Positions 15,792 to 22,881 of a stretch of DNA of 64,000 nt are shown piece after piece. The stretch lies in the IMG/VR virus record IMGVR_UViG_3300050501_000377; one strand, written 5' to 3'. The notes beneath the pieces are model-generated. The model was not told the DNA's origin. It ran no database searches and saw nothing but the letters and a program-made list of their open reading frames with translations. The position numbers and the translations under genes are program-made. Positions within the stretch are counted from its first letter, which is position 1. Every line of letters begins with the position of its first letter. The DNA is from a virus.

Positions 15792-16040
15792 ATGACGACG
15801 ACGACACACGACAGCCTCGGCCGGCGCGTGACGATCACCACACTGCCGTGCGAGGCCGGCACTCGGTTGATCCTGACCATCTACCCGGCGAAGGCGTACG
15901 CCGGCCGCCTGGAGAAGGCTTCCGCACACCTGCGTCTGGAGTTGTCCCCGGCTCAGTGCCGTGCGCTGGTGGCTGGCCTGAGCGAGTACCTGGACGGCAG
16001 GCCGGCGGCAGGCGACGCGGATGCGGGCGTACCAATGTAG
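15792..16040 (+). CDS. hypothetical protein, 82 aa
   Basis: MTTTTHDSLGRRVTITTLPCE...; start context GGAGCGGAGCAACGACC-ATG. Confidence 0.5.
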   Translation: MTTTTHDSLGRRVTITTLPCEAGTRLILTIYPAKAYAGRLEKASAHLRLELSPAQCRALVAGLSEYLDGRPAAGDADAGVPM

Positions 16041-16068
16041 CCGGCCGGCGGCGAGCCTCGGCAGCGAT

Positions 16069-16106
16069 GGAACCAAAGCATATGCTTCGACGTCTAATGC
16101 ATATGC
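16069..16106 (+). promoter_or_regulatory. AGCATATGCTTC motif plus TAATGC -10-like element (promoter/operator candidate)
   Basis: ggaaccaaAGCATATGCTTCgacgtcTAATGCatatgc has the same AGCATATGCTTC-N6-TAATG spacing as the site at 46305-46328. It lies 30-70 nt upstream of the 16138 ATG. Confidence 0.45.
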
Positions 16107-16137
16107 AAGCCAACAACGACAACGAAGGGAGCGAGCG

Positions 16138-16803
16138 ATGACCAAGAGCAAGCGAACGAGCGGCGACGCGAAGCAAGACCTGTATCTCTACGTCTGGGAG
16201 GAGCGCGATCGCGACGGCTACAACGGCGAGTACTTCCACCTGCGCGGGCGCTTCGTGACGCAGAAGTACGAGCACAGCCAGTGGACGCCGCAGGGCGTCG
16301 ACGACGACTACAGCGACGGGCTGCTGTGGTCGGGGCTGCGTGCCAGCTGCCAGGGGGATGCGCGCAGCCGGCAGCGGGCGGACGAGAACGCGGGCGAGAG
16401 CGGCCCCGTGTATGGCTTCGGCACCGAGTATCACGACGTCTTCCGGCTGGACCTGCGCCGCGTGCGGCGGATGCAGAAGACCCTTGAGAAGGTCGAGAAG
16501 GGGCTGGAGAAGCTGCGCGAGGCGCGGGGCTACGTGCGGAGCTTCGGCGAGTACTGCGGGAGGTTGGCGGAGGTGATGGGCTGCAAGGGCGTCGTCATTG
16601 CGCGGGGCCAGCGGCAGCAGGTCACGAGCGGGCTGGGCTGGGACTGGATGAGCATCGGCGACGGCGTCAACCGGATCAACCAGCTGATTCACGTCTGGGT
16701 CGAGGAGGGCAAGCCGGCGCAGGAAGCGCTGCCGGCAGCCTCCATGCGCGAGGGCGAGGAGCGGCTGCAGCTGCCGGCAGGGAGCGAGGAGGAGGCATCG
16801 TGA
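16138..16803 (+). CDS. hypothetical protein, 221 aa
   Basis: Internal ATG of track ORF 16021..16803, preceded by GAAGGGAG. Translation MTKSKRTSGDAKQDLYLYVWEERDRDGYNGEYFHLRG.... Confidence 0.55.
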   Translation: MTKSKRTSGDAKQDLYLYVWEERDRDGYNGEYFHLRGRFVTQKYEHSQWTPQGVDDDYSDGLLWSGLRASCQGDARSRQRADENAGESGPVYGFGTEYHDVFRLDLRRVRRMQKTLEKVEKGLEKLREARGYVRSFGEYCGRLAEVMGCKGVVIARGQRQQVTSGLGWDWMSIGDGVNRINQLIHVWVEEGKPAQEALPAASMREGEERLQLPAGSEEEAS

Positions 16804-17081
16804 GCGCCACCGTACTGACCTTCAGCGCGCTGCTCAAGGGCGAGCGCTTCCGCGTCGTCGCCGCTGGCGGCGCGCCGGCTGGGCCGGTCTTCACCAAGGT
16901 GGCGAAGAACACCTGCCGCGACGTCGAGGGGCAGTGGCTGACCATCTCGCCGCACGTCCCGGTCGAACCAGTGGAGATCTGCGGCGACACCTTGCAGCTG
17001 GAGAGCGGCGGGAACGTGATGTGCCGCGAGGAGCACGGCCACAGCGGCGCGCATCGGGACGGCCGGCGGATGTGGAACTAG
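16800..17081 (+). CDS. hypothetical protein, 93 aa
   Basis: The GTG start overlaps the upstream stop (GTGA). Confidence 0.45.
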   Translation: MSATVLTFSALLKGERFRVVAAGGAPAGPVFTKVAKNTCRDVEGQWLTISPHVPVEPVEICGDTLQLESGGNVMCREEHGHSGAHRDGRRMWN

Positions 17082-17130
17082 CATATGCTTCGCGGCCGGC
17101 AGCTGCTGAGGGAGCGGCTGCCGGCAGCTG
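17074..17130 (+). promoter_or_regulatory. AGCATATGCTTC motif followed by two GCCGGCAGCTG repeats
   Basis: ggaactAGCATATGCTTCg (17074-17092) overlaps the stop codon of the upstream gene. ggccggcagctgc and gctgccggcagctg follow (17094-17130). Confidence 0.45.
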
Positions 17131-17160
17131 GGCGCAGAGAGCAGGAGAGGAGCAGGAGCA

Positions 17161-17328
17161 ATGAGCATGAACTGGAAGGGGCTGTTGACGACCGTGGCCG
17201 GCAAGCCGCGCGTCAGTGAGCAGCAGACCCGCACGCGCCGCCGGCTGCACCGCGCCAAGGTGCGCTATCGAGCGCAGCTGGCGCAGCTGCTACGCGGCAG
17301 CAGCAGCTGCTACAATAACAATCTGTGA
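17161..17328 (+). CDS. hypothetical basic protein, 55 aa (below ORF-track cutoff)
   Basis: My translation gives MSMNWKGLLTTVAGKPRVSEQQTRTRRRLHRAKVRYRAQLAQLLRGSSSCYNNNL. GGAGAGGAGCAGGAGCA lies upstream. Confidence 0.4.
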   Translation: MSMNWKGLLTTVAGKPRVSEQQTRTRRRLHRAKVRYRAQLAQLLRGSSSCYNNNL

Positions 17329-17364
17329 TAGAGGCCTGGAAGCCTGGAGGAGCGAGCGCACGCC

Positions 17365-17565
17365 ATGAACGAGCACGACATCCGCATCGAGATTCACCGC
17401 ATCCTCGACAGCCACGCCGAGGTGTTGCAGGAGATACGCGCCGCCCACGGGGCGATGCAGCTCGCCTTCAACCATCATGACGCGGCGCTGGTCAGCGCCA
17501 TCGAGGCGAACCGCTCGGCGCTGCAGCTGCTGAACCGGCTGATGAACGAGGGGCTGCAGCCATGA
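17365..17565 (+). CDS. hypothetical protein, 66 aa
   Basis: Closed helical ORF with GGAGGAGCG upstream. Confidence 0.5.
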   Translation: MNEHDIRIEIHRILDSHAEVLQEIRAAHGAMQLAFNHHDAALVSAIEANRSALQLLNRLMNEGLQP

Positions 17566-17753
17566 CGGTCAAGGATCTGTACGCGCAGCTGGTGTCGCTC
17601 ATCGAGGAGGGCAAGGGCGAGCGCATCGTCCGCATGGGTGCCCCGACTACCAGTGACTACGCTGAAGTGACCGGCCTGTGGATACCCGACGACGAACCCG
17701 TGGTCGACCTGGAGAGCGCCGAGTGGTCCCGGTCGGCGAAGGAGGAGTTGTGA
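17562..17753 (+). CDS. hypothetical protein, 63 aa
   Basis: The ATG overlaps the upstream stop (ATGA). Acidic protein. Confidence 0.5.
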   Translation: MTVKDLYAQLVSLIEEGKGERIVRMGAPTTSDYAEVTGLWIPDDEPVVDLESAEWSRSAKEEL

Positions 17754-17983
17754 CCGCCTGTCCCGTCTTCCGCCCTGACCACAACGGCGAGTGCCTGGCC
17801 TGCGACGAATGGATGGACGCGCACACCCCCGAGGCGATCGCGGCGGGCGAGCAGCTGGCGGCGCAGCTGGCGCAGCAGCCGGCACTGTCGGATGACGAGC
17901 GCCGCCGGCTGGTCGAGTACTTTCGGATACTGGCCGAGTGGGCGGCAGCGGTGCGCCAGCTGCCGGCGAAGGAGCAGCCATGA
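17750..17983 (+). CDS. hypothetical protein, 77 aa
   Basis: The GTG at 17750 overlaps the upstream stop (GTGA) and is preceded by GGAGGAG. Translation VTACPVFRPDHNGECLACDEW.... Confidence 0.45.
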   Translation: MTACPVFRPDHNGECLACDEWMDAHTPEAIAAGEQLAAQLAQQPALSDDERRRLVEYFRILAEWAAAVRQLPAKEQP

Positions 17984-18189
17984 TCATCCTGATTCTCGTC
18001 ACCATCGCCGGCCTGCTGCTCGTCGGCGGCGTCCGCGAGTACATCGACAGCCGCGACCGGCTGATCGATCCCTCGCCGCTCACGCCGTCCCAGATCCGGC
18101 GCGGCAACCGCTACGACTACGGCGTGCTGCTCGTGGCCGGCGTCGTCTTCGTCGTCCTCCTGGCGCTCGACGTGCTGCTGGGCTTCTGA
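17980..18189 (+). CDS. small membrane protein, 69 aa, two hydrophobic helices
   Basis: The ATG at 17980 overlaps the upstream stop (ATGA). MIILILVTIAGLLLVGGV...YGVLLVAGVVFVVLLALDVLLGF. Confidence 0.6.
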   Translation: MIILILVTIAGLLLVGGVREYIDSRDRLIDPSPLTPSQIRRGNRYDYGVLLVAGVVFVVLLALDVLLGF

Positions 18190-18208
18190 GCCGCTGGACC
18201 GCAGGACC

Positions 18209-18297
18209 GTACCAGCAGTACCAGCAGCGGGCGCTAGTACCCCGTACCAGCAGCGGGCACCTGTACCCCGTACCAGCAGTACCAGCAGTACCTGCGG
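18209..18297. repeat. iteron-like array of GTACCAGCAG
   Basis: Copies lie at 18209, 18218, 18244, 18270 and 18279, with a degenerate copy at 18288. They are interleaved with GTACCCCG x2 and CAGCGGGC x2. Confidence 0.85.
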
Positions 18298-18349
18298 CCG
18301 ACCGCTCCGCAAGTTGTAATCTTGCCAGCCTAGGGAGGTTGACAGAACC

Positions 18350-18862
18350 ATGCCGCATGTCCCGTCGATGCCGCCGAACAACCGCTTCTTCGCTCGTCTC
18401 GACCGCTTTGAGTGCGAGTGTCCCAGCTGCGGGGAGCTGCTCTTCACCATGCACGACGCGCGGCGCCATCCTGGCTGGCGCCACACCAACCATCGGCGCC
18501 GTGCGCTGGCGGCAGAGAAGCCGCGCTCGCCGAGCATCCGCGACATGGTCTTCAATCCGGTCACCCAGCGGCTGCGCTGCCCGTTCTGCCGCTCGACCTA
18601 CGCGGTGGGCATCGTCGCCTACCCGATTCACCCAGGCGGGTACCTGCGGGAGGAGCCGTCCGATACCCGCCCGACCAAGCGCCAGCGGATGGAGATGCGG
18701 CGCGCTGCCGGCGGCTTCTTCATCGACAAGGACAACCGGAGCAGCGACGAGGTCAACCTGGCGATCGACGGTGACTGCAGCTGCCCTGAGAAGGGCTGGG
18801 TACCCAGCTGCCGGGTGCATGGGTATGGCGGCCCGCTGGAGCACACCACGGGGCTGCCGTAG
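18350..18862 (+). CDS. Cys-rich (multi zinc-finger-like) protein, 170 aa
   Basis: CECPSCGE...H..RRH, CPFCRS, CSCPEKGWVPSCRVH; GGGAGG upstream. Confidence 0.55.
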   Translation: MPHVPSMPPNNRFFARLDRFECECPSCGELLFTMHDARRHPGWRHTNHRRRALAAEKPRSPSIRDMVFNPVTQRLRCPFCRSTYAVGIVAYPIHPGGYLREEPSDTRPTKRQRMEMRRAAGGFFIDKDNRSSDEVNLAIDGDCSCPEKGWVPSCRVHGYGGPLEHTTGLP

Positions 18863-18940
18863 CAGCTGCCGTAGGAGCCGATGCCATATAGGTGGTTTTT
18901 GTGAGATTTAGAGGCTAAGTCCAATGCAGTGTACGACTTA

Positions 18941-18977
18941 CAGAATCTCGACCCCCTGAGACGATATTGAGATTCTG
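18941..18977. repeat. 9-bp perfect inverted repeat in a low-GC convergent spacer
   Basis: CAGAATCTC (18941-18949) and GAGATTCTG (18969-18977). The same spacer holds three TGAGATT copies and the palindrome TGTACTGTACA. Confidence 0.7.
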
Positions 18978-19128
18978 GGGAAAGTATCAAAAACTGCTGC
19001 TGAGCTGAGATTTTTCTATCTTGTACTGTACATAGGGGTTAGGGGGGAAAGTCTCACAGATCACCCCCCCAGCGGTCTTCGCGTACTCGCTCGCAGCCTC
19101 GGGTACCAGTGGAGCCGCACCAGCCGTA

Positions 19129-20094
19129 CTAGTGGAGGGTCTTCAGCCGGTAGATGCCGTGCTTCGACTTCTCGATGCGCTCGCGCTCACGCAGGGTTTC
19201 GAGCACGCGAGCGACCGTGGCGCGCGACAGCGGGATGGCTTCGGCCAGCTCGACGAGCGCGGCGAAGGTGATGGTCGTCCCGTCGTCGGGGAACAGCGCC
19301 AGCAGCCGCGTGCAGTTGCCCTCGTCAGCCCCCGAGTAGGGGACGAACAGCCCCTGCTCGTCCCGCTCCAGGAAGAAGAACTCCGGCGGGGCGAGGTGCG
19401 AGTGCCAGACGAAGGTGTAGTAGGTCTTGTTGGTTTCTTCCGGCGCCGCCAGATACATCTGGGTATCACTGAAGCCGAAGATCGCCGTGGAGCCGAGGAT
19501 CTGGTCCTGCAGCCGGACGTAGCGGTCCTTCTTGTCCGCCTTCAGCTTGCTGGAGTGCGCGGTCGCGATCATGTGGTACTTGCTGGTGTTGAGCATGGCG
19601 CGGATCTCATGGCAGGCCACCGCGCAGCTGTCGTAGTCGAGCAGGTTCCCACCCAGGAAGAGACTGATGGGGTCGACCAGGATCAGGCTCTCGGCCGGCA
19701 GCTGCAGCTTGTGGATGAACTCGGCCAGCCGCTGCGCCCGCTCGAATTTGCGGCGCAGGCTCTTGGGGTCGAAGTTCCGATCGTCGGCCATCGAGTAGTA
19801 GCGGACGTCAGCGAAGCCGACGCGCTTGAACCACTCGCCGGTGCCGCGCGCCCAGCTGCGGTCAGCGTTGATGACGCCGATCGCCGGCAGCTGACAGGGC
19901 TGGTGCCCGAAGATCGCCCGATGGTCGCGGAAGTTGCGCGCCAGGCCAGCCAGCAGCGCTGTCTTGCCGACATTGGGCGCGCCCGCCAGCAGTGAGATGC
20001 CGTAGGCGGGGATGATCAGCGGGATCGGGTCGTTGGCGTACTCGCTGGCAGGTTCGCAGGCAGGTTGACTTCGCCTCCCACTTGTGGCAGACAT
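19129..20094 (-). CDS. RecA-fold P-loop ATPase of the RepA/AAA_25 type with C-terminal winged-helix domain
   Basis: Walker A GAPNVGKT, Walker B-like SLILVDPISLF and sensor-like MIATAHSSK. The C-terminus (ITFAALVELAEAIPLSRATVARVLETLRERERIEKSKHGIYRL) looks like a wHTH. GAAGGAG RBS. Opposite orientation to all neighbours. Confidence 0.7.
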   Translation of the reverse strand: MSATSGRRSQPACEPASEYANDPIPLIIPAYGISLLAGAPNVGKTALLAGLARNFRDHRAIFGHQPCQLPAIGVINADRSWARGTGEWFKRVGFADVRYYSMADDRNFDPKSLRRKFERAQRLAEFIHKLQLPAESLILVDPISLFLGGNLLDYDSCAVACHEIRAMLNTSKYHMIATAHSSKLKADKKDRYVRLQDQILGSTAIFGFSDTQMYLAAPEETNKTYYTFVWHSHLAPPEFFFLERDEQGLFVPYSGADEGNCTRLLALFPDDGTTITFAALVELAEAIPLSRATVARVLETLRERERIEKSKHGIYRLKTLH

Positions 20095-20221
20095 ACTAAG
20101 GCTCCTTCTGCACCTCCTTGGTGCTTGAGGGTTGGCCGTCGTCGTCAGCGTCGTGGTTGTCGGCGTTGTCGGCGTGGGAGTCGTCGTTGTTGAAACGGCG
20201 GCTTTTGCTCGCTCCGCTCTT

Positions 20222-20248
20222 GGGGCTTCCCCTGCTCAGGGAAGCCCC
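20222..20248. promoter_or_regulatory. perfect 10-bp-stem hairpin in the divergent control region
   Basis: GGGGCTTCCC (20222-20231) pairs with GGGAAGCCCC (20239-20248), 7-nt loop. Confidence 0.6.
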
Positions 20249-20418
20249 GCTCCTTCCTCCGCCAGGCTAGTCAGAACCAGTCGGAAGCGCCCGTTCTATC
20301 GCATCACGCGCGCGTAAAGCAAGCCTCCCTGCAGCCTCTCTCGCGCCTCCCTGCATCTAGTACGGCAGAGCGCGGCAGCCCCTACCAGGAGTGGGTGTGC
20401 AACCTGCCCGCTCGAGGG

Positions 20419-20447
20419 TTGACAGCTTGCCAGACTTCGGCTACGGT
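20419..20447 (+). promoter_or_regulatory. sigma70-like promoter candidate
   Basis: TTGACA (20419-20424), 17-nt spacer, TACGGT (20442-20447), then AGGAGCGGAGG and the ATG at 20465. The -35 sits in the recurrent GGTTGACA context. Confidence 0.45.
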
Positions 20448-20464
20448 AGGAGCGGAGGCACGCG

Positions 20465-20773
20465 ATGCAGAGTGAGTTCATCAGAGATCTGGCCGACGAA
20501 GACGGCCCGATTGCGGCGGCGGCGAAGGAGCGGTCGGGCAAGCCCATCCGGCTGCGGATACAGCCCATGGTGCTGAGGGAGGTCAAGGGCAAGGGGGCGC
20601 AGTACCACGCCTGGAAGGACGTGCGCTGGACGATCGAGTGCGACTCGCCCGAGGAAGCCTACGCGGTGCGCGATGCGCTGCTGGTGTTCTTCCCGGCGCT
20701 CAGTCGAGTGGGGGTCAAGGGGATCACCCGGCTGCTCAAGGACGCCCAGCCCAGCCAGGAGGACGCAGCATGA
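20465..20773 (+). CDS. hypothetical protein, 102 aa
   Basis: Closed ORF with a good RBS. Confidence 0.5.
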   Translation: MQSEFIRDLADEDGPIAAAAKERSGKPIRLRIQPMVLREVKGKGAQYHAWKDVRWTIECDSPEEAYAVRDALLVFFPALSRVGVKGITRLLKDAQPSQEDAA

Positions 20774-21258
20774 ACCTCGCCGCGAACATCCTCGGCACCT
20801 CAGCAGTCGATCGCTTGCGCGAGAGCGCAGCGGGAGCGGTGCTGCAGATTGGCAGCGACAAGCTCACGCGCGCCGACCTGGCGGGCGTCGAGTGCTACAA
20901 CTTCCACGCCGCGCGGCTGCTGAGCCATGTCCTGCGCGAGCTGGACGTGCGGAACCTGCGCGACGTCTACGAGAAGATCCCGCCCTCGGCGCTGGCGCTG
21001 CCCAACCTGGGCGTGATCAGCCTGGCGGTCCTGGGTGCGGCGTTCGAGGCGAAGGGGATCGGCGGCCAGGCGCCGCTGGAGAGCTACGTACGGAGGCACC
21101 TGGTGAACGGCAACAAGGTCGTCACGTTCGACACGCTGAAGAAGCGCGAGCACGCCGAGGTGGCGAACGAGCGCAAGGCACGCAAGCGGCGCAAGGCGAG
21201 CCGACGCGATCGGGCGCAGCAGCTGCGGGTCGATCGATTCACGGAACGAGCAGGCTAA
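20770..21258 (+). CDS. hypothetical protein with basic C-terminal tail, 162 aa
   Basis: The internal ATG at 20770 overlaps the upstream stop (ATGA). HhH-like LPNLGVISLAVLGAAFEAKGIGG, and a tail of KARKRRKASRRDRAQQ. Confidence 0.5.
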   Translation: MNLAANILGTSAVDRLRESAAGAVLQIGSDKLTRADLAGVECYNFHAARLLSHVLRELDVRNLRDVYEKIPPSALALPNLGVISLAVLGAAFEAKGIGGQAPLESYVRRHLVNGNKVVTFDTLKKREHAEVANERKARKRRKASRRDRAQQLRVDRFTERAG

Positions 21259-21270
21259 AAAGGAGCAACG

Positions 21271-21690
21271 ATGACGACGACGACTGAGCGACTGCTGCAG
21301 CTGGCCGACGAGTACCAGAAGAAGGCGGATGGCCTCCGCCTAGCCGCCGCGGAACTGAACGGGCACCGGATTGAGAAGAAGCACGAGCACCTGCCGGCGC
21401 AGCTGGTACAGGCGATCAAGATTCGCAAGGGGCACGGCAAGCGTGGTGCTCGCATCGCGGTGACGAAGCTGAAGACCGGCGAGTTCGCGCGGGCGGCGGT
21501 CGAGATCCTGAATCAGGCCAAGACCCCACTCGTGACCGACGAGTTCCGCCGCCGGCTGGAAGCGCAGCTCGGCGTCAAGGTCGGCGCGGCCGGCTTCGGT
21601 TCGCTGACGCGCTACGGCTACGCCAGGATCACCAAGGACGGCTACGTGGGCACCGGCAAGCCGTTCGTACGACCGGTGCCCCCGGAGTAA
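21271..21690 (+). CDS. hypothetical protein, 139 aa
   Basis: MTTTTERLLQLADEY...; AAAAGGAGCAACG-ATG context. Confidence 0.5.
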   Translation: MTTTTERLLQLADEYQKKADGLRLAAAELNGHRIEKKHEHLPAQLVQAIKIRKGHGKRGARIAVTKLKTGEFARAAVEILNQAKTPLVTDEFRRRLEAQLGVKVGAAGFGSLTRYGYARITKDGYVGTGKPFVRPVPPE

Positions 21691-21735
21691 TCCAGCTCGC
21701 GAGCGCGCTGCCCCGACCGGGCGGCTGTGGTGGGT

Positions 21736-21969
21736 TCAACCGTAGCCGCCCTCGCTAGCCGCGAGCAGGCACGCCACCAGGGCGCGCAGCAGCCGCTGCA
21801 GCAGCATTCTATGCGTTTCGACGTAGCTGTGGACTTTGTCCAGCGCGGCCTGTTGCGCGTTTGGCTCGTGGCTTAGGTCGGCGAGCTGCTGGTGCAGGAT
21901 CCTGATAGCCGCCATCCCGTGGTTGATCTGGCGATACCGATGCCGCGACTTCGGCGTGGCGCTCACCAT
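21736..21969 (-). CDS. hypothetical protein, 77 aa, or the shifted C-terminus of the repressor gene
   Basis: From 21969 downward only this frame has GC-rich third positions (MVSATPKSRHRYRQINHGMAAIRILHQQLADL...). The repressor frame becomes GC3-poor in the same stretch. Confidence 0.4.
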   Translation of the reverse strand: MVSATPKSRHRYRQINHGMAAIRILHQQLADLSHEPNAQQAALDKVHSYVETHRMLLQRLLRALVACLLAASEGGYG

Positions 21970-22540
21970 GCTCGTCGCCGGCAAGTTCGCGAGAGTGGAG
22001 AGCTTCGAGGATGAAACCGGCGATGGACTCGAAGAGTCGGAGGCGCTTGGCTTGGCTGCGCTTGCGCCACTCGGTGTTGACGAGCGCTTCGATGTTCTGC
22101 CGGAGGAGGAGGAGGGCGTTGACGTCGTGGTCGTCGTTGCTGTTGACGCGGCTGTAGGAGATGAACGAGCCGGGAGCAGCTGGTCGCGAAAGTGTACGAC
22201 GATCGTCATTGGGTTCTCCTTCGGAGGTGCCAGGAGTGGTAGGAAGTGCGGGGGAGTCTATAACAGACTGTGATTCTGCGTACCTGTTTATTTTCACAGT
22301 TTGTGATGGATACAATTGCAACACTTCAGCTTCCCGAATCAACTGACTGAGCGACCGATTGAAGTAGGCGGCGATCTCCTGCCAGACGTCGAGGTCCTTG
22401 CTGTGGCGATTGCCGGTGAGCAGCTGGCTGACCGAGGACTGCGAGCGCCCCAACTCCTCGGCGAACGCATTCTGTGATAGCCCGTAGTCGAAGATCAGCT
22501 GCCGAACGTGCTCCCGCATAGCCGTGGAGAAGGCAGTCAT
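21809..22540 (-). CDS. XRE/cI-type HTH transcriptional repressor (3' end uncertain)
   Basis: HTH LSQNAFAEELGRSQSSVSQLLTGNR near the N-terminus (start ATG 22540). Divergent from a cro-like gene. The coding signal in this frame fades after about 21970, although the stop is at 21809. Confidence 0.65.
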   Translation of the reverse strand: MTAFSTAMREHVRQLIFDYGLSQNAFAEELGRSQSSVSQLLTGNRHSKDLDVWQEIAAYFNRSLSQLIREAEVLQLYPSQTVKINRYAESQSVIDSPALPTTPGTSEGEPNDDRRTLSRPAAPGSFISYSRVNSNDDHDVNALLLLRQNIEALVNTEWRKRSQAKRLRLFESIAGFILEALHSRELAGDEHGERHAEVAASVSPDQPRDGGYQDPAPAARRPKPRAKRATGRAGQSPQLRRNA

Positions 22541-22610
22541 TGTTATCTCCCGCTTCAATCCAGCGTGGGGGGAGCGTGGTCTGGTCGTGCAGGCCGGTGT
22601 GGGCTGCGCG

Positions 22611-22650
22611 GGCCGCTTCCGGCCGTTTACGGCCGCTTCTGGCCTGTTAG
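22611..22650. repeat. four tandem 10-bp repeats GGCCGYTTMY
   Basis: ggccgcttcc ggccgtttac ggccgcttct ggcctgttag, phased at about one helical turn, in the repressor leader. Confidence 0.75.
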
Positions 22651-22672
22651 CTTTCGTCACGTCCCGACACCG

Positions 22673-22689
22673 TATCACAACTTGTGATA
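22673..22689. promoter_or_regulatory. 17-bp operator-like palindrome TATCACAAcTTGTGATA
   Basis: Perfect 8-bp arms around one central base. The TATCAC half-site resembles lambdoid operators. It lies between the divergent repressor and cro-like genes. Confidence 0.55.
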
Positions 22690-22723
22690 GCGCTGCAATG
22701 GGTTTGTCAACAGTTTATCAACA

Positions 22724-22789
22724 GGGTTGACAAATGACCGCCTGCCGATAATCCCGCCTCGAACGGGGTTGACAAATGACCGCCTGCCG
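22724..22789 (+). promoter_or_regulatory. tandemly duplicated (42-bp period) GGTTGACA promoter-like element
   Basis: gggttgacaaatgaccgcctgccg occurs at 22724-22747 and 22766-22789, each followed by cccgcctcga. -10-like GATAAT/TAATCC (first copy) and TGTAAC (second copy) lie 14-16 nt after TTGACA. Confidence 0.5.
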
Positions 22790-22881
22790 TGTAACCCCGC
22801 CTCGATAACACCTCTATAACGCTTCGTTATGGCCCTGTTTGCAACCCGTTTGCGATTCGTGATAGGGTTCGCCCTTCCGCT

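Noticed and set aside
18209-18297. Possible CRISPR array
   Set aside because: The repeats are only 9-10 bp and are contiguous or separated by a few bases. There are no spacers of uniform length and no cas genes, so an iteron or operator array is the better description.
18334-18350. GGTTGACA box upstream of the Cys-rich protein gene as its promoter
   Set aside because: The TTGACA ends only 10 nt before the annotated ATG, leaving no room for a -10 element and leader. It may instead serve a downstream start or be a binding site.
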